Positions 31,796 through 43,105 of a DNA stretch of 64,000 bases are shown one piece after another. Origin of the DNA: an uncultured Deinococcaceae bacterium. GTDB taxonomy: Bacteria; Deinococcota; Deinococci; Deinococcales; Deinococcaceae. The DNA lies in NCBI GenBank assembly GCA_964252075.1, contig CAXULY010000008.1:32001-96000 (forward strand), given 5' to 3'. A program made the translations under genes and the position numbers. Each line of letters begins with the position of its first letter. Within the stretch, counting starts at the first letter, position 1. The notes beneath the pieces were generated by a model that saw only the letters and a program-made list of their open reading frames with translations, searched no databases and was not told the DNA's origin.

Positions 31796-32428
31796 TCAAC
31801 CCACCCGGTAGCGGCACACCGGCGCGCCGCTCGCGATGCGGGACTCCCGCACGACCGGCACGCCCAGCAGCTCGCTGTACAGGTCCACCTCGGCGGCGCA
31901 CACCTCGTCGAATTCCCGCGCGACCGCCGGGTTCGGGCAGTTGCGCTCCACCAGGAACAGCTGCGCGCCCACCTGCTCCACCTGCGCGGAGTACCCCGCG
32001 TCACTCAGCAGCTTCGAGAGCTGCTGCAGGCGCTCCGGCAGCGTGCCGTGCAGCTCGCCGCGCCAGCGCGCCTCCAGCTCCGCGCGCCGGGCGTCCATCA
32101 CGCGCAGCACCGCGCCCTCCCCGAAGAGGTTCTGCACGTGGCGCAGCACATCCACGCACAAACTCGCGTAGCTTTTCGGGAAGGCCGCCTCGCCGCGCTC
32201 GGACAGGCGGTACACGATCTGCGGCCGACCGCGGCCGTTCGGCTTCTCTGTCTGCGCGAGAATGAGGCCCGCCTCCAGCAGGTCCTGCAGGTGTCGGCGC
32301 GCGGCGGGCACCGTGACGCACAGCGCCTCGGCGAGCACCTGCGCGGTCACGCACTGGCGCGTCTTGAGCACGTCGAGGAGCCGCGCCTTGGTGCGCTCCT
32401 GGTTGGCGGGAACGAGGGCCGGGGTCAT
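31796..32428 (-). CDS. SufR-like HTH transcriptional regulator
   Basis: Winged HTH (RRHLQDL, GRGRP) plus C-terminal NCP...C...C. Confidence 0.8.
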   Translation of the reverse strand: MTPALVPANQERTKARLLDVLKTRQCVTAQVLAEALCVTVPAARRHLQDLLEAGLILAQTEKPNGRGRPQIVYRLSERGEAAFPKSYASLCVDVLRHVQNLFGEGAVLRVMDARRAELEARWRGELHGTLPERLQQLSKLLSDAGYSAQVEQVGAQLFLVERNCPNPAVAREFDEVCAAEVDLYSELLGVPVVRESRIASGAPVCRYRVG

Positions 32429-33462
32429 AGCATGGGGAGTTCCGCGAGGGCGTGCACGCTGACGCGCCCCGCGAGCAGCTGCGCCACCTGACGCAGCGCG
32501 CGCGCGGCGGGCGCGTCGGGGTGCTGGATCACGCTGGGCGTGCCCGCGTCCGCGTCCTCACGCGCCGTGATGTCGATGGGCACCTCGCCCAGCAGCGTCA
32601 GGCCGAGGTTCGCGCTGCCGCCCCGCCCGAACAGATCGTAACTCAGGCCAGTGTCGGGCGCCACAAAGTAGCTCATGTTCTCCACGACGCCCAGGATGGG
32701 CACGCTGGCCTTCTTGAACATGTCCACCGCGCGCGCCGCGTCGATGAGCGCCACCGCCTGCGGCGTCGTCACGATGACGGCGCCCGTGACCTTCACGCTC
32801 TGCGTGATGGAGAGCTGCACGTCGCCCGTGCCGGGCGGCAGGTCCACGATCAGGTAATCGAGTTCACCCCACGCGGCGTCCTTCAGGAACTGCTGTACCG
32901 CCGAGTGCAGCATGGGGCCGCGCCACACCAGGGCCTGACCGGCGGGCGTGAGGTTCGCCATGGAGAGGAACCGCACCCCGTGGCGGTCCAGGGGCCGCAT
33001 CTTCTTCTCCTCCGTGGCGGTGACCCGCTCGCCGCTGGCGCCCATCATGTGCGCGATGCTGGGACCGTAAATGTCGCCGTCCAGCAGGCCCACCTGCGCG
33101 CCGTCCCGCGCGAGGGCGCACGCGAGGTTCGCGGCGACCGAGGACTTCCCCACGCCGCCCTTGCCGCTGCCCACCAGAATGACGTGCTTCACGCCCGGCA
33201 GGGGCGGCTGCGCGGGCTGGCGCACCTGCGCCGTGAACTCCACGTGCACCTCGCTCGCGCCCGGCACGTCCAGCACCGCCCGCCGCACATCGGCCTCAAT
33301 GGTGGCCCTCAGGGGGCAGGCGGGGGTGGTGAGCTGCACGTGCACGGCGACGGCACCGCCGTCAATTTCGACGCCCCGCACCATGCCCAGCGAAACCAGA
33401 TCACGGTGCAGTTCCGGGTCGTTGACGGTGCGAAGCGCGGCGAGAACATCCTCTTGGCGCAT
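32425..33462 (-). CDS. mrp: Mrp/ApbC (NBP35) Fe-S cluster carrier ATPase
   Basis: DPELHRDLV...TTPACP domain, GSGKGGVGKS, DIYGPS, WRGPM, DLPPGTGD, VTTPQ and ENMS. Confidence 0.93.
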   Translation of the reverse strand: MRQEDVLAALRTVNDPELHRDLVSLGMVRGVEIDGGAVAVHVQLTTPACPLRATIEADVRRAVLDVPGASEVHVEFTAQVRQPAQPPLPGVKHVILVGSGKGGVGKSSVAANLACALARDGAQVGLLDGDIYGPSIAHMMGASGERVTATEEKKMRPLDRHGVRFLSMANLTPAGQALVWRGPMLHSAVQQFLKDAAWGELDYLIVDLPPGTGDVQLSITQSVKVTGAVIVTTPQAVALIDAARAVDMFKKASVPILGVVENMSYFVAPDTGLSYDLFGRGGSANLGLTLLGEVPIDITAREDADAGTPSVIQHPDAPAARALRQVAQLLAGRVSVHALAELPML

Positions 33463-33587
33463 GCCGGAGTTGTAGCGCGCCGGAGGGGGCCGGGGCAAGG
33501 GAGACTCTTACAAAGCCCTCAGAACAAATCGTGTAGGTGCCGCGCCGCCACGCATGAGGTGCGGCGCGGCAGGGCTATACTTGCCGG

Positions 33588-35009
33588 GTGAAGCCCTACG
33601 GCCCCTATGTGGCCGCCCGCACGCTGTTCGAGAGCGCGGTGCGCACCATGCGCGGCATGGACCGCCTGACCGGCATGCCGGTGCTGATCTACACGCTCCC
33701 GCGGCCCGCCGACGTGCCGCAGCTCATGCACCGCCGCCTCGTGCCGTACACCGACGCGGGGAGCGAGCAGGGCGTGCCGTTTGTGGTCGCGGAGCTGCCC
33801 CTGCACGCCGTGCCGGCGGGCGACCCGCTCCTCGCGGCGCGCGGCGCCCTGGAGGCGCTGGTCGAGCTGCATTCCGACGGCCGCATTCACGGCGGCCTGA
33901 CCCCCGCGCAGCTGTGGGCGGTGGACGGCGACGTGCGCCTCGCGGGCGCCTGCCTCCCCTGGGAGGCGCTGGGGGCCGGCTTCGACGCGCCGGAGGGCGG
34001 CAAGAGCCCCCAGGCGGACCTGTACGCGCTGGGCTGCAGCCTGGAGGCCATGGGGGGCGTGCCGGATGCCCTGCGCGTGCTGCTGGACGCCGACCCGCGC
34101 GGGCGGCCCAGCGCGCGCGAGGCGCTGGGCCTGCTGAGCCGCCCCTACCAGTCCCCCGCGCGCTCAGCGCCGCGCGCGGACGACCCGCCGCCCACGCCAG
34201 AACACGCTGCACCACCCGCGGCGCCGGAACCCGAGGCGCCCACCCTGCAGCCCGACGCGGTCAGTGAACTCCTGAGCCTCTTCGACGAGCCGGTCGCGCC
34301 GCAGGCCGTGACGCCGCCCGCGGGCGCCGAGCCCGTCCTGATCGGGGAGGTGTCGCCCGAACCACCGGCCAGAGCGCCCGCCGTGCCGGACCCCACGCCC
34401 GCCGTGGCCGCGCCGGTCTTCCCACCCATCCGCATGGGGTTCGAGGACGTCGCGCCGCCGCCCGCGCCCTTCACGGTGCGGGTGGTGCCCGCCCCACCCG
34501 CGCCCGGTCCCAGCGTGCAGGCGCCCACCCCCGGCGAGGACGGCGGCCTCGCGCCCGTCAATCCCCGGCAGCAGCCCATCCGCATCGGGTGGGAGGAGGA
34601 CAACTCCTGGCGGGTGGTGCGCAGCCCCGACGAGGAAACGCGCCCCGCCGCGCCCGCCCGGGCGCCCACCCGCACCTGGGCGCTGGGCGCCGTCATAGCG
34701 CTGGTGCTGCTGAGCGGCCTGCTGTGGTGGCGCCTCGGCAGCACCCCCACCAGCGTCGGCACCGAGTGCTGCCAGGTGGATTTCCGCGTGACGGGCGGGC
34801 AGGACAAGGTGAACATCAGCGTGCTGAAGGCGCCCGGAGGCAGCGGCCTGAAGCGCGGCGACCTGATCGGCGCGGTGCCGGGCGTCCTGCAGTTCCCCGA
34901 CGCGCGCGGCGCGTACACCCTGCAGGCCGAAGCGGACGGCTACGCCACCATGCAGTTCCAGGTGACGGTCCCCAGCCGCGCGCCCGTCGAGATTGACCTG
35001 AAACGCTGA
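33588..35009 (+). CDS. Membrane protein with degenerate kinase-like domain, Pro-rich linker, TM and extracytoplasmic beta domain
   Basis: [16 protein letters not shown] and ADLYALG kinase-like remnants, a Pro/Ala-rich linker and a TM ([18 protein letters not shown]). Leaderless (TATACT plus 6 nt). Confidence 0.75.
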   Translation: MKPYGPYVAARTLFESAVRTMRGMDRLTGMPVLIYTLPRPADVPQLMHRRLVPYTDAGSEQGVPFVVAELPLHAVPAGDPLLAARGALEALVELHSDGRIHGGLTPAQLWAVDGDVRLAGACLPWEALGAGFDAPEGGKSPQADLYALGCSLEAMGGVPDALRVLLDADPRGRPSAREALGLLSRPYQSPARSAPRADDPPPTPEHAAPPAAPEPEAPTLQPDAVSELLSLFDEPVAPQAVTPPAGAEPVLIGEVSPEPPARAPAVPDPTPAVAAPVFPPIRMGFEDVAPPPAPFTVRVVPAPPAPGPSVQAPTPGEDGGLAPVNPRQQPIRIGWEEDNSWRVVRSPDEETRPAAPARAPTRTWALGAVIALVLLSGLLWWRLGSTPTSVGTECCQVDFRVTGGQDKVNISVLKAPGGSGLKRGDLIGAVPGVLQFPDARGAYTLQAEADGYATMQFQVTVPSRAPVEIDLKR

Positions 35010-35035
35010 GCGGACCGAACGCTAGACTGGCCTTC

Positions 35036-36598
35036 ATGAGCCAGCCGCCCCTCAGCAGCACCCCGCCCAGCATCGTCATCCTGGATTTCGGGAGTCAGTT
35101 CACCCGCCTGATCGCGCGCCGGTTGCGCGAGCTTGGCAGTTACAGCGTGATCCTGCCCGGCAACGCCAGCCTGGAGCGCATCCAGCGCGAGAAGCCGCTC
35201 GGCCTCATCCTGTCGGGCGGGCCCAGCAGCGTGTACGACGCGAACGCCCCGCGCCCCGCAGACGGCGTGCTGGACCTTCCCATTCCGGTGCTGGGCGTGT
35301 GCTACGGCATGCAGTTCATGGCGCAGGCGGCGGGCGCGACGGTGGCGCGCGCCGGGCGGCGCGAGTACGGCAAGGCCGACCTCACGCGCTACGGCGGGCA
35401 GCTGTTCGAGGGCGTCGCGGGCGAGTTCGTCGCGTGGATGAGCCACAGTGACAGCGTCACGAGCCTCCCGCCCGGCTACGAGGTTGTCGCGGAGACGGAC
35501 GACACGCCCGTCACGGCCATCGAGAACCGCGAGACGCGCCGCTACGGCGTGCAGTTCCACCCGGAGGTCGTGCACACCCCCAAGGGCGCGCAGCTCCTCG
35601 CGAACTTTCTCGGCATCTGCGGCGCGCCGCGCGACTGGACGCCCGAGCACATCGTGGATGAACTCATCCAGCAGGTGCGCGACCAGGCGGGGGAGGGCCG
35701 CGTGCTGCTCGCCATCTCCGGCGGCGTGGACAGCAGCACCCTCGGCCTGCTGCTCGCGCGCGCCATCGGAGAGAAACTCACGGCGGTGTTCATCGACCAC
35801 GGCCTGCTGCGCCTCGGGGAGCGTGAGCAGGTCGAGGCGGCCCTCAAGCCGCTCGGCGTGAACCTCGTCACGGTGGACGCCAGCCGGGAGTTCCTGGGCG
35901 CGCTCGCGGGCGTGAGCGACCCCGAGCAGAAACGCAAGATCATCGGGCGCGAGTTCATCCGCGCCTTCGAGCGGGAGGCGCGCGAGTACGGCCCCTTCGA
36001 TTTCCTCGCGCAGGGCACCCTGTACCCGGACGTGATCGAGAGCGCGGGCGGCCTGCACGCGGACAAGTCCGGCGCCGCGAACATCAAGAGCCACCACAAC
36101 GTCGGAGGACTTCCCGAGGACCTCGCCTTCGCGCTCGTGGAACCCTTCCGGACGCTCTTCAAGGACGAGGTGCGCGAGATCGCGCGACTGCTCGGGCTGC
36201 CCGAGGCGATCCGCACCCGCCACCCCTTCCCCGGCCCCGGCCTCGCCATTCGCGTGCTGGGCGAGGTGACGCCCGAGAAGCTCGACATCCTGCAGCGCGT
36301 GGACGACATCTTCATCTCGGGCCTGCGGGAGTTCGGGCTGTACGAGGGCTGCTCGCAGGCCCTCGCGGTCCTCACACCCATTCAGTCCGTCGGCGTGATG
36401 GGCGACGAGCGCACGTACAGCTTCACCGTCGCGCTGCGCGCCGTCGCCACGGACGACTTCATGACGGCCGAATGGGCGCGCCTGCCCTACGACTTCCTCG
36501 CGACCATGAGCAGTCGCATCGTGAACCACGTGCATGAGGTGAACCGCGTGGTGTACGACATCACCGGGAAGCCGCCCGCCACCATCGAATGGGAATGA
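35036..36598 (+). CDS. guaA: GMP synthase (glutamine-hydrolysing)
   Basis: [44 protein letters not shown] and KPPATIEWE. Confidence 0.98.
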   Translation: MSQPPLSSTPPSIVILDFGSQFTRLIARRLRELGSYSVILPGNASLERIQREKPLGLILSGGPSSVYDANAPRPADGVLDLPIPVLGVCYGMQFMAQAAGATVARAGRREYGKADLTRYGGQLFEGVAGEFVAWMSHSDSVTSLPPGYEVVAETDDTPVTAIENRETRRYGVQFHPEVVHTPKGAQLLANFLGICGAPRDWTPEHIVDELIQQVRDQAGEGRVLLAISGGVDSSTLGLLLARAIGEKLTAVFIDHGLLRLGEREQVEAALKPLGVNLVTVDASREFLGALAGVSDPEQKRKIIGREFIRAFEREAREYGPFDFLAQGTLYPDVIESAGGLHADKSGAANIKSHHNVGGLPEDLAFALVEPFRTLFKDEVREIARLLGLPEAIRTRHPFPGPGLAIRVLGEVTPEKLDILQRVDDIFISGLREFGLYEGCSQALAVLTPIQSVGVMGDERTYSFTVALRAVATDDFMTAEWARLPYDFLATMSSRIVNHVHEVNRVVYDITGKPPATIEWE

Positions 36599-36616
36599 CC
36601 CGGCAGGGAACATGAT

Positions 36617-36649
36617 GGCGGGCGGGAGGTCACGGACCTCCCGCCCGCC
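36617..36649. terminator. Hairpin between convergent genes
   Basis: 15-bp perfect stem GGCGGGCGGGAGGTC-ACG-GACCTCCCGCCCGCC. Confidence 0.65.
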
Positions 36650-36656
36650 GTTCGCT

Positions 36657-37013
36657 TCAGCTGTCGCCCGTGACGCCCCGGTGAATTTCCCCGCCGTGGC
36701 GCTCGAGCGCGTCCTGCAGCGCCGCCTCGCTCAGCCCGCCGTCCGTCTCGAAGGCGACCAGCACCGCGCCCACGTTGTGCGGGCCGTCCGGCAGGCGCGT
36801 CGCCTCGCGCGGCCAGCCGACCGAATGCAGGTGCGCGTCGTCACCGGACGCCCGCTCCTCGCGCTCCAGAATGTCAATGCGGGGGTCTGCGCCGTTCAGG
36901 GGTTCGGTGGTGCCCAGCACGCTGTAGCGCACGTCGCCCGCGCCCTGCTGGCGCAGTTCGTTCGCGGCCAGTTCGGCCTGCTGTTCGGATGGGAAGAGGG
37001 CGGTCAAGCGCAT
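36657..37013 (-). CDS. Hypothetical protein
   Basis: GGAGG SD before ATG; MRLTALFPSEQQAELAANELR... acidic 118-aa ORF. Confidence 0.65.
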   Translation of the reverse strand: MRLTALFPSEQQAELAANELRQQGAGDVRYSVLGTTEPLNGADPRIDILEREERASGDDAHLHSVGWPREATRLPDGPHNVGAVLVAFETDGGLSEAALQDALERHGGEIHRGVTGDS

Positions 37014-37172
37014 GGCTGCCTCCAGAGGGTGGGGGAGAAGTGGGGCCTCGTCATTGCCGCGCAGCATGGCCCGCTAACCAGCCGCGCACTGTCTTGGGCG
37101 GCACAAGCTCAAGGTCCACCGAAGTCCACCTGAACGGGCGCTCAAGGCCTGCAGGTCGCCTGAGCCCAGCGA

Positions 37173-37976
37173 TCATTCAGGTGAGCGCCCCAGTGAGAAG
37201 AGCGCGGGCACGTTCAGGCTCAGGGTCCCGCCGTCCGCCAGGGCCCGGAGTTCGGCGAGGTGCTCCTCGCGGATCGCCTCCCGTTCGCCCGCTGGCAGGT
37301 CGCGCAGGAGCGAGGCCTCCAGGCCCGCCTCTATGTCCCGCCAGCGCGCCTCGGGCGTGACGGCGTACCCCAGCTGTTCCTCCGTCACGCTCGTCTCCGT
37401 GAGGCCCGCGCCGTCAAGCAGCGCCCGGCAGGTGTCCGGGTCCTGCAGGCGCGCGAAGGGCGGGCGCCAGGGTGTCAGGCCGTGGCGCGCCAAGCACGCC
37501 GCCCACAACCCGCCGAGCGGCTGCATCATGCCGCGCCCGAAGCTCGTGAAGCCCAGCACGCCGCCCGGCGCCAGCACCCGCCGCCACTCCCGCACGGCGC
37601 CCTGCAGGTCCGGCAGGAAGAACAGCGCGGACGCGCACAGCACCGCCCCGAACCGACGGTCCGGGAAGGGCAGCCGCGCGGCGTCCCCCTCCACGAAGGT
37701 CAGGTGGGCGTCCGGCACGTCGCGCGCCTTGCGCCGCGCCTGCTCCAGCATGCCGGGCGACAGGTCCAGGCCCGTCACGTCCGCACCCGCGCCCAGCACC
37801 CGCGCGGCCCGGAGCGCCACCGTGCCGGTGCCCGTCGCGACATCCAGCACCGGCGCGCCGGGGTGCAGCTGTGCGCGGTCCACGAGCCGCTCCGCGACGC
37901 GCTGCAGGAAGTGCAGCGCGTCGTACCGCCCCGCCAGCTGATCGAAGTCCCCAGTGCCGTCCGGTCGGTCCTGCAT
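37173..37976 (-). CDS. Class I SAM-dependent methyltransferase (UbiE-like fold)
   Basis: VLDVATGTG, GLDLSPGML, GDAARLPF and RVLAPGG. SD GAGGAGG. Confidence 0.9.
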   Translation of the reverse strand: MQDRPDGTGDFDQLAGRYDALHFLQRVAERLVDRAQLHPGAPVLDVATGTGTVALRAARVLGAGADVTGLDLSPGMLEQARRKARDVPDAHLTFVEGDAARLPFPDRRFGAVLCASALFFLPDLQGAVREWRRVLAPGGVLGFTSFGRGMMQPLGGLWAACLARHGLTPWRPPFARLQDPDTCRALLDGAGLTETSVTEEQLGYAVTPEARWRDIEAGLEASLLRDLPAGEREAIREEHLAELRALADGGTLSLNVPALFSLGRSPE

Positions 37977-38062
37977 GTGACGCCTCCTCACGCGGGCGGA
38001 TGACGGGCGACACGCGCCCACCCCGCGCCCGAATGCCTCATGCTACGCCCGGCGGACCGCGC

Positions 38063-39097
38063 TCAGTGACTCAGGGTTTCCTCGTCCACGCGCGCGAACA
38101 CCATGCGGCCCACGTTGGTCTGCACGTTGTTCATGACCTGCACGCGCACGGGCTTGCCCTTGTGCTTCACGCCGTCCTCCACCACGATCATGGTGCCGTC
38201 GTCGAGGTACGCGACGCCCTGCCCCGCCTGCTGGCCCGCCTTGCTGACCGTCACGGTCAGCACGTCACCGACCTGCAGGCGCGGCCGCAGCGCGACGGCG
38301 GCCTCCTGCACGCTGATGACCGCCACGCCCTGAATGCGCGCGATCTTGCTGAGGTTCGCGTCGTTCGTCACAAGTTTCGCGCCGCTCTCCCGCGCGAGGC
38401 GCACCAGCTTGTCATCCACGGCGCGCAGGTCGGGCGCGTCCCAGTCGTCCACGCGCAGGCTGCCCAGCTCACGCAGGTCCTCCAGCACCGCGAGGCCCCG
38501 CTTGCCACTCGTGCGGCGCTGCGGGTCCGCGTGGTCCGCCAGGAACTGCAACTCGCGCAGCACGAAGGTCGGGACGGTCAGCTCACCGTCCAGGAACCCC
38601 GCGCGCACGAGGTCCACCACGCGCCCGTCAATGATGATGTTGGTGTCCAGCAGCTTGCTGCCGCTCTTGCGCCGCGGCGCGCTGCTGGTCGCCAGAATGC
38701 CAAGCGCCTCGGCGTTGCGCAGCGCGAACCCCACGAAGAACGCCATCAGCACCAGCGTGATGATGAGCCCCACCCACCACGTGTAAAACGGCGTGCCGGC
38801 CAGCAGGTTGCTCACCAGCACGCCCACCAGCAGCGCCACCACCGCGCCCACCGTGGCGGCCGCCACGCGGCGCGGCGCGAGGCGCACGTACCACCCGGAG
38901 AGGCGCCCCCACACCTGCAGGAGGGCGCGCTCGGCGCGCGGCGCGAGCAGGAAGGCCACCAGCAGGCCCGCGATCATCAGGGACGCGGTGTTGATGACCG
39001 CCGTCGCGCTGGAACCCGTGTGCACCGCCAGCCAGCGCCCCACGGCGAGGCCGATCAGCAGCCCCAGGGCGAGGATGAACAGTCGCAACCACAGCAT
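38063..39097 (-). CDS. Membrane PIN/TRAM domain protein (YacL-like)
   Basis: Four TM segments, LLDTNIIIDGR, RELQ, VDDKL, VTNDANL and QGVAYLDDGTMIVVE. ATG lies 6 nt after TAGACT. Confidence 0.92.
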   Translation of the reverse strand: MLWLRLFILALGLLIGLAVGRWLAVHTGSSATAVINTASLMIAGLLVAFLLAPRAERALLQVWGRLSGWYVRLAPRRVAAATVGAVVALLVGVLVSNLLAGTPFYTWWVGLIITLVLMAFFVGFALRNAEALGILATSSAPRRKSGSKLLDTNIIIDGRVVDLVRAGFLDGELTVPTFVLRELQFLADHADPQRRTSGKRGLAVLEDLRELGSLRVDDWDAPDLRAVDDKLVRLARESGAKLVTNDANLSKIARIQGVAVISVQEAAVALRPRLQVGDVLTVTVSKAGQQAGQGVAYLDDGTMIVVEDGVKHKGKPVRVQVMNNVQTNVGRMVFARVDEETLSH

Positions 39098-39131
39098 CAA
39101 GGCAGTCTAGCTCAGGTGCGCGGGTCGTGCT

Positions 39132-40466
39132 TTACGGGCGCCACACGGCGCGCAGCGCCTCCTCGACGCTGCCCACGCCGCCGCCCGCGAGGCCCGGCGG
39201 CACGATCAGCTGCGTGTACCCGGCGCGCCGCGCCTCCTCCGCGCGGCGGGGGGCGCCCTGCACGGCGCGCACCTCGCCCGCGAGGCCCACCTCCCCGAAC
39301 ACCACCGCCTGCTCCGGCAGCGCCTTGCCCATCACGGCGCTGTACACCGCGAGCGCCAGCGCGAGGTCCAGGCCGGGGTCCGGGACCTTCAGGCCGCCCG
39401 CGAGGTTGATGTACACGTCCAGCCCCCCCAGCGCCAGTTCCAGGCGGCGCTCCAGCACCGCCAGCACCACGTCCGCGCGGCGCGGGTCGATGCCCACCAC
39501 CACGCGGCGGGCGTTCGGGTAGGGGCTCTTCGCGGCGAGCGCCTGCACCTCCAGCAGCAGGGGGCGGTGTCCGTCCATGGTGGCGGCCACCACGCTGCCC
39601 GGCACGCCCACCGGGCGCTCCGCGAGGAAGGCCTCCGAGGGGTTCTCCACCGCGAAGAGGCCGCCCTCGCGCATCTCGAACACACCCAGTTCGCCCGCCT
39701 GCCCGAAGCGGTTCTTCACGCTGCGCAGCAGGCGGTACGGCCCCACGGACTCCAGGAACACCGTGGTGTCCACGATGTGCTCGATGACCTTCGGGCCCGC
39801 CACCGTGCCCTCCTTGGTCACGTGCCCGACCAGCACGGTGCTGGAGCCCGTCTCCTTCGCGGCGCGCGTGATGAGCGCCGTCGCCTCGCGCACCTGCGCG
39901 ACGCCGCCCGCGACGCCCTCGCCCTCCACCGCGGCGGTCTGGATGCTGTCCACGATGGTGAGGGCCGGGCGGTGCTCCTCCATGAGGGCCGCGACGTGCT
40001 CGGCGCGCGTGTCGCGCGTGAGCTGGATGTCGCCCGTCACGCCCAGGCGGTCGGCGCGCAGGCGGATCTGCTCCAGCGACTCCTCACCGGCCACGTACAG
40101 CACCCCGCGCCCCTCCTGCGCGATGCGGTCCGCGACCTGCAGCAGCAGGGTGCTCTTCCCGATGCCGGGCTCCCCGCCGATGAGTGTCACGCCGCCCGCC
40201 ACGAGGCCGCCGCCCAGCACGCGGTCCAGTTCCAGAATGCCGGTGGACGTGCGGGGCTCCTCGCGCCGCCCCACGCTGGAGAGCGCCGTGAGTTTCCCGC
40301 CCGTGACGCCGCCGTACGCGCCCCCACCGGACTTGCCGCGCGTGGCGACGCTGGGCGTCTCCTCCTCGAAGCTGTTCCAGGCTTGGCAGTTCGGGCAGCG
40401 CCCCAGCGGTTTGGCGGACTGGTACCCGCACGACGTGCAGACGTACTTCGTGAGGGTTCTAGCCAT
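39132..40466 (-). CDS. radA: DNA repair protein RadA/Sms
   Basis: C4 Zn finger, [23 protein letters not shown] and a Lon-like C-terminus. Confidence 0.98.
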   Translation of the reverse strand: MARTLTKYVCTSCGYQSAKPLGRCPNCQAWNSFEEETPSVATRGKSGGGAYGGVTGGKLTALSSVGRREEPRTSTGILELDRVLGGGLVAGGVTLIGGEPGIGKSTLLLQVADRIAQEGRGVLYVAGEESLEQIRLRADRLGVTGDIQLTRDTRAEHVAALMEEHRPALTIVDSIQTAAVEGEGVAGGVAQVREATALITRAAKETGSSTVLVGHVTKEGTVAGPKVIEHIVDTTVFLESVGPYRLLRSVKNRFGQAGELGVFEMREGGLFAVENPSEAFLAERPVGVPGSVVAATMDGHRPLLLEVQALAAKSPYPNARRVVVGIDPRRADVVLAVLERRLELALGGLDVYINLAGGLKVPDPGLDLALALAVYSAVMGKALPEQAVVFGEVGLAGEVRAVQGAPRRAEEARRAGYTQLIVPPGLAGGGVGSVEEALRAVWRP

Positions 40467-40761
40467 CCTGCGCGTCCGTTGCCGGGCCGGGCCGCATGTT
40501 CGCGCGCCAGTAGGCGCCGCCGTCCGGCGTGCGCGCGAGGTAGTCGGCCTCCACGAGTTCGCGGCGCAGCAGCGCGAAGTCCTCCAGGGTGGTGTGCTCG
40601 CGCAGCAGGGCGTTCACGTCCGCCTCGCTGTAGCGCCGCCCGCTCTCGAAGAGGCCCGCGAGGTGCTCAAGCGTCGCGAGCTGGTGCGCGCGCCGACGTT
40701 TCGAGGGCCACGCCGTGACGCGCCCGTGTTCATCCAGGAAAGCCGTGATGCTTTTCGACAT
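40459..40761 (-). CDS. DUF2087 domain protein
   Basis: [13 protein letters not shown]...YSEADVN..L...[10 protein letters not shown]...LAR..DG..YW. Overlaps the radA start. ATG lies 5 nt after TAACAT. Confidence 0.85.
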   Translation of the reverse strand: MSKSITAFLDEHGRVTAWPSKRRRAHQLATLEHLAGLFESGRRYSEADVNALLREHTTLEDFALLRRELVEADYLARTPDGGAYWRANMRPGPATDAQDG

Positions 40762-40769
40762 GCCCCATG

Positions 40770-40786
40770 TTATGTCAGGGGCGAAA
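40770..40786. promoter_or_regulatory. Candidate RDRM (DdrO) operator
   Basis: 17-mer TTATGTCAGGGGCGAAA overlaps the DUF2087-radA -10 box and fits TTAYG-N7-CRnAA. Confidence 0.4.
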
Positions 40787-40803
40787 CGAGGAAGGTGGGC
40801 GGC

Positions 40804-41136
40804 TCACCGCTCGTCGCCGCTCGCGTGCATCAGCACCCCGCGCCGCCCGCGGTCCGCGAGCTTGTCGAGGTTCCCCTGCGCCAGCTCCTCCAGCGTGAAG
40901 CCCAGGTGATCGGCCAGCACCGCCGCGTACCACAGCACGTCCCCCAGTTCCTTCGCGAGCGCCGCGCGGTCCAGCGCGCCCGGGTCGCCCCCCTGGTCCC
41001 GCACCCACTTCTTCACCTTCTCCGCCACCTCGCCCGCCTCACCCACCAAGCCCAGCACCAGGTGGAAGAACTCCAGCGGCGCCTCGCGCGTGAGGGCGGT
41101 CGTGAGCGCGCGTTCCTGATAGGCATTCAGTTCCAT
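40804..41136 (-). CDS. MazG-like nucleotide pyrophosphohydrolase
   Basis: [30 protein letters not shown] and [10 protein letters not shown]. Leaderless (TATGGT plus 6 nt). Confidence 0.9.
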   Translation of the reverse strand: MELNAYQERALTTALTREAPLEFFHLVLGLVGEAGEVAEKVKKWVRDQGGDPGALDRAALAKELGDVLWYAAVLADHLGFTLEELAQGNLDKLADRGRRGVLMHASGDER

Positions 41137-41187
41137 GAACCGACCATAGCAGCCGCGGCCCGCGCGCCCAGCTAGACTCACAGGGGA

Positions 41188-43104
41188 GTGACGCGCCGCA
41201 ACCTCATCTGGACGAACACCTTCCGCTTCAACCCCGCCGGCTGGCGGCCCGGCGCGGCGACCCGCTGCACGCTGGCGCTCGCCCTTCCAGTGCTCGGCGC
41301 GGCCCTCATCGGGCACCCCGCGTGGGGCGTCGCGATGGGCATCGGGGCCTTCAACGCCGGCATCCTGTCCCTGAACGGCGTGTACCGCTCCCGCATCCGC
41401 CAGATGATCAGCGTGGCCCTCGTGGTGTCCGCGACGGCGCTGCTGGCCGGACTGGTGAGCGCCTCGCCGTGGCTGACGGTGCTGCTCGTCACCGCCCTCA
41501 GCTTCGGCTTCACGCTGTTCTCGGAGCGCGGCCCCGGCCCCACCAGCATGGGCCTGCAGAGCACCATGGTGCTGATCGTGATCTCCGGTCTGCCCGCCTC
41601 GCCCGCTGGCGCCTTCGGGACGGCCGCGCTGGTCCTGGCGGGCGCGCTGCTGCAGGTGCTGGTGCTGGGCCTGCTGTGGCCCGTGGACCCGCACCAGCCG
41701 GAACGCCGGGTGGTGGCGCAGGTCTTTCAGGAACTCGCGCGGTACGTGCAGGCCTTCCCCGTGGCGCTCGATCACCCCTTCCCGGATGAAGTGCCTTTCC
41801 AGACCGCGCAGGGCGCGCTGTCCGACGCCGCGCAGTACCACTGGCGGAACGAGCACGACCGGCTGGTGTCCGCCTACAGCGGCGCGGAGGGACTGCGCGC
41901 CGCGCTGGTGGGGCTGGGCCGCGCGGACCGCCTGCTGCGCGAACAGGGCGGCGCCGCAGCGGAGGACGCCCGCCTCGCGTCGCGCGTGCTGGCGCGGCTG
42001 CTGCGCGCCATCGCGCAGGCCGTCACGCGCCACCGCACGCCGCTGGTCCCGGAGGGCGCCCTGCGGGCCTTCACGCTCGCGACGTCCCGCGTCACGCAGC
42101 AGGCTGCCGGGCCGGACGCTGACGCGCGCGCCGAGTTCGGCGCCCTCGCGCGGCTCGTCGCGGGCCTCCTGCACGACCTCGAAGCGCCCGGCATGCCCGC
42201 CTTCGCGCCCGCCCAGCCGCCGCGCCCATCCCCGCTGCCGACCCTGCGGGACGTGATCGGGCGCCCCGAGGCGCGCCTGCACGCGCTGCGGTACGCCCTC
42301 GCGGTGGGCGGCGCGACCGCGCTCTACAAGTTCACGGGCCTCGGGCACGGGTACTGGCTGCCCCTCACGGTCGGGCTGGTGCTGCGCCAGGATTACTTCA
42401 CGACCGTCACGCGCGGCCTCGCGCGCTTCGGCGGCACCCTGATCGGCGTGCTCGCCGCGACGCTGATCGGGCTGCTGCACCCGCCCGCCGGGGTGGCGGG
42501 CCTGCTGGTGCTGCTGGGCGCGTGGCTGGCGTACGCGCTGCTGCCCACCGGGTACTCGGTGTTCTCTGCGGCCGTCACGGTGTACGTGGTGTTCTCCCTC
42601 GCGGCGGCGGGCGTGTCCGAGGAGGCTGCAGGTGTGCAGCGGCTGATGGTCACGCTGGCGGGCGGCGTGCTGGCCCTGCTGGCCTTCCTCGCATGGCCGC
42701 TGTGGAAGGTGCGGCGGGCGCAGGAGGTGCTGCGCGACGCGGCGCGCGCGCAGGTGACGTACGCCGAGTGCGTGCTCGCGACCCTGCGCGGCGACCCCAT
42801 GGGTGGGGACCTGGAGGCCAGCCGCGCCCGCTCCCGCGCCGCGCGCGTGCAGGCGGAGGGCGCCGTGCAGGCCGCGAGCGTCGAGCCAAACTGGGCGGCG
42901 CCCGAGTCGGAGCGCCTCGCGCTCGGTGCGCGCCTCGCGCGCCTGAGCGGCAACGCGGCCCTGCTGGTCAGCCTGCAGCTGGAGGCGAAGGCCGAAGCGC
43001 GCCCACCGGACCTCGTGCCGCGCGCGGAGGCAGCCCTGGGTGTGGCGCGGGCCCTGGCGGGCGAGGCGCCCCACACCCCCGCGGACGCCACCGCCACCGC
43101 CTGA
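41188..43104 (+). CDS. FUSC/YccS-type membrane transporter
   Basis: Two TM bundles with [16 protein letters not shown] and [12 protein letters not shown]. Confidence 0.85.
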   Translation: MTRRNLIWTNTFRFNPAGWRPGAATRCTLALALPVLGAALIGHPAWGVAMGIGAFNAGILSLNGVYRSRIRQMISVALVVSATALLAGLVSASPWLTVLLVTALSFGFTLFSERGPGPTSMGLQSTMVLIVISGLPASPAGAFGTAALVLAGALLQVLVLGLLWPVDPHQPERRVVAQVFQELARYVQAFPVALDHPFPDEVPFQTAQGALSDAAQYHWRNEHDRLVSAYSGAEGLRAALVGLGRADRLLREQGGAAAEDARLASRVLARLLRAIAQAVTRHRTPLVPEGALRAFTLATSRVTQQAAGPDADARAEFGALARLVAGLLHDLEAPGMPAFAPAQPPRPSPLPTLRDVIGRPEARLHALRYALAVGGATALYKFTGLGHGYWLPLTVGLVLRQDYFTTVTRGLARFGGTLIGVLAATLIGLLHPPAGVAGLLVLLGAWLAYALLPTGYSVFSAAVTVYVVFSLAAAGVSEEAAGVQRLMVTLAGGVLALLAFLAWPLWKVRRAQEVLRDAARAQVTYAECVLATLRGDPMGGDLEASRARSRAARVQAEGAVQAASVEPNWAAPESERLALGARLARLSGNAALLVSLQLEAKAEARPPDLVPRAEAALGVARALAGEAPHTPADATATA

Positions 43105-43105
43105 G

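Noticed and set aside
38063..39097. PIN domain as a toxin-antitoxin toxin
   Set aside because: The TM-PIN-TRAM architecture next to radA is the housekeeping YacL type, and no antitoxin gene is adjacent.
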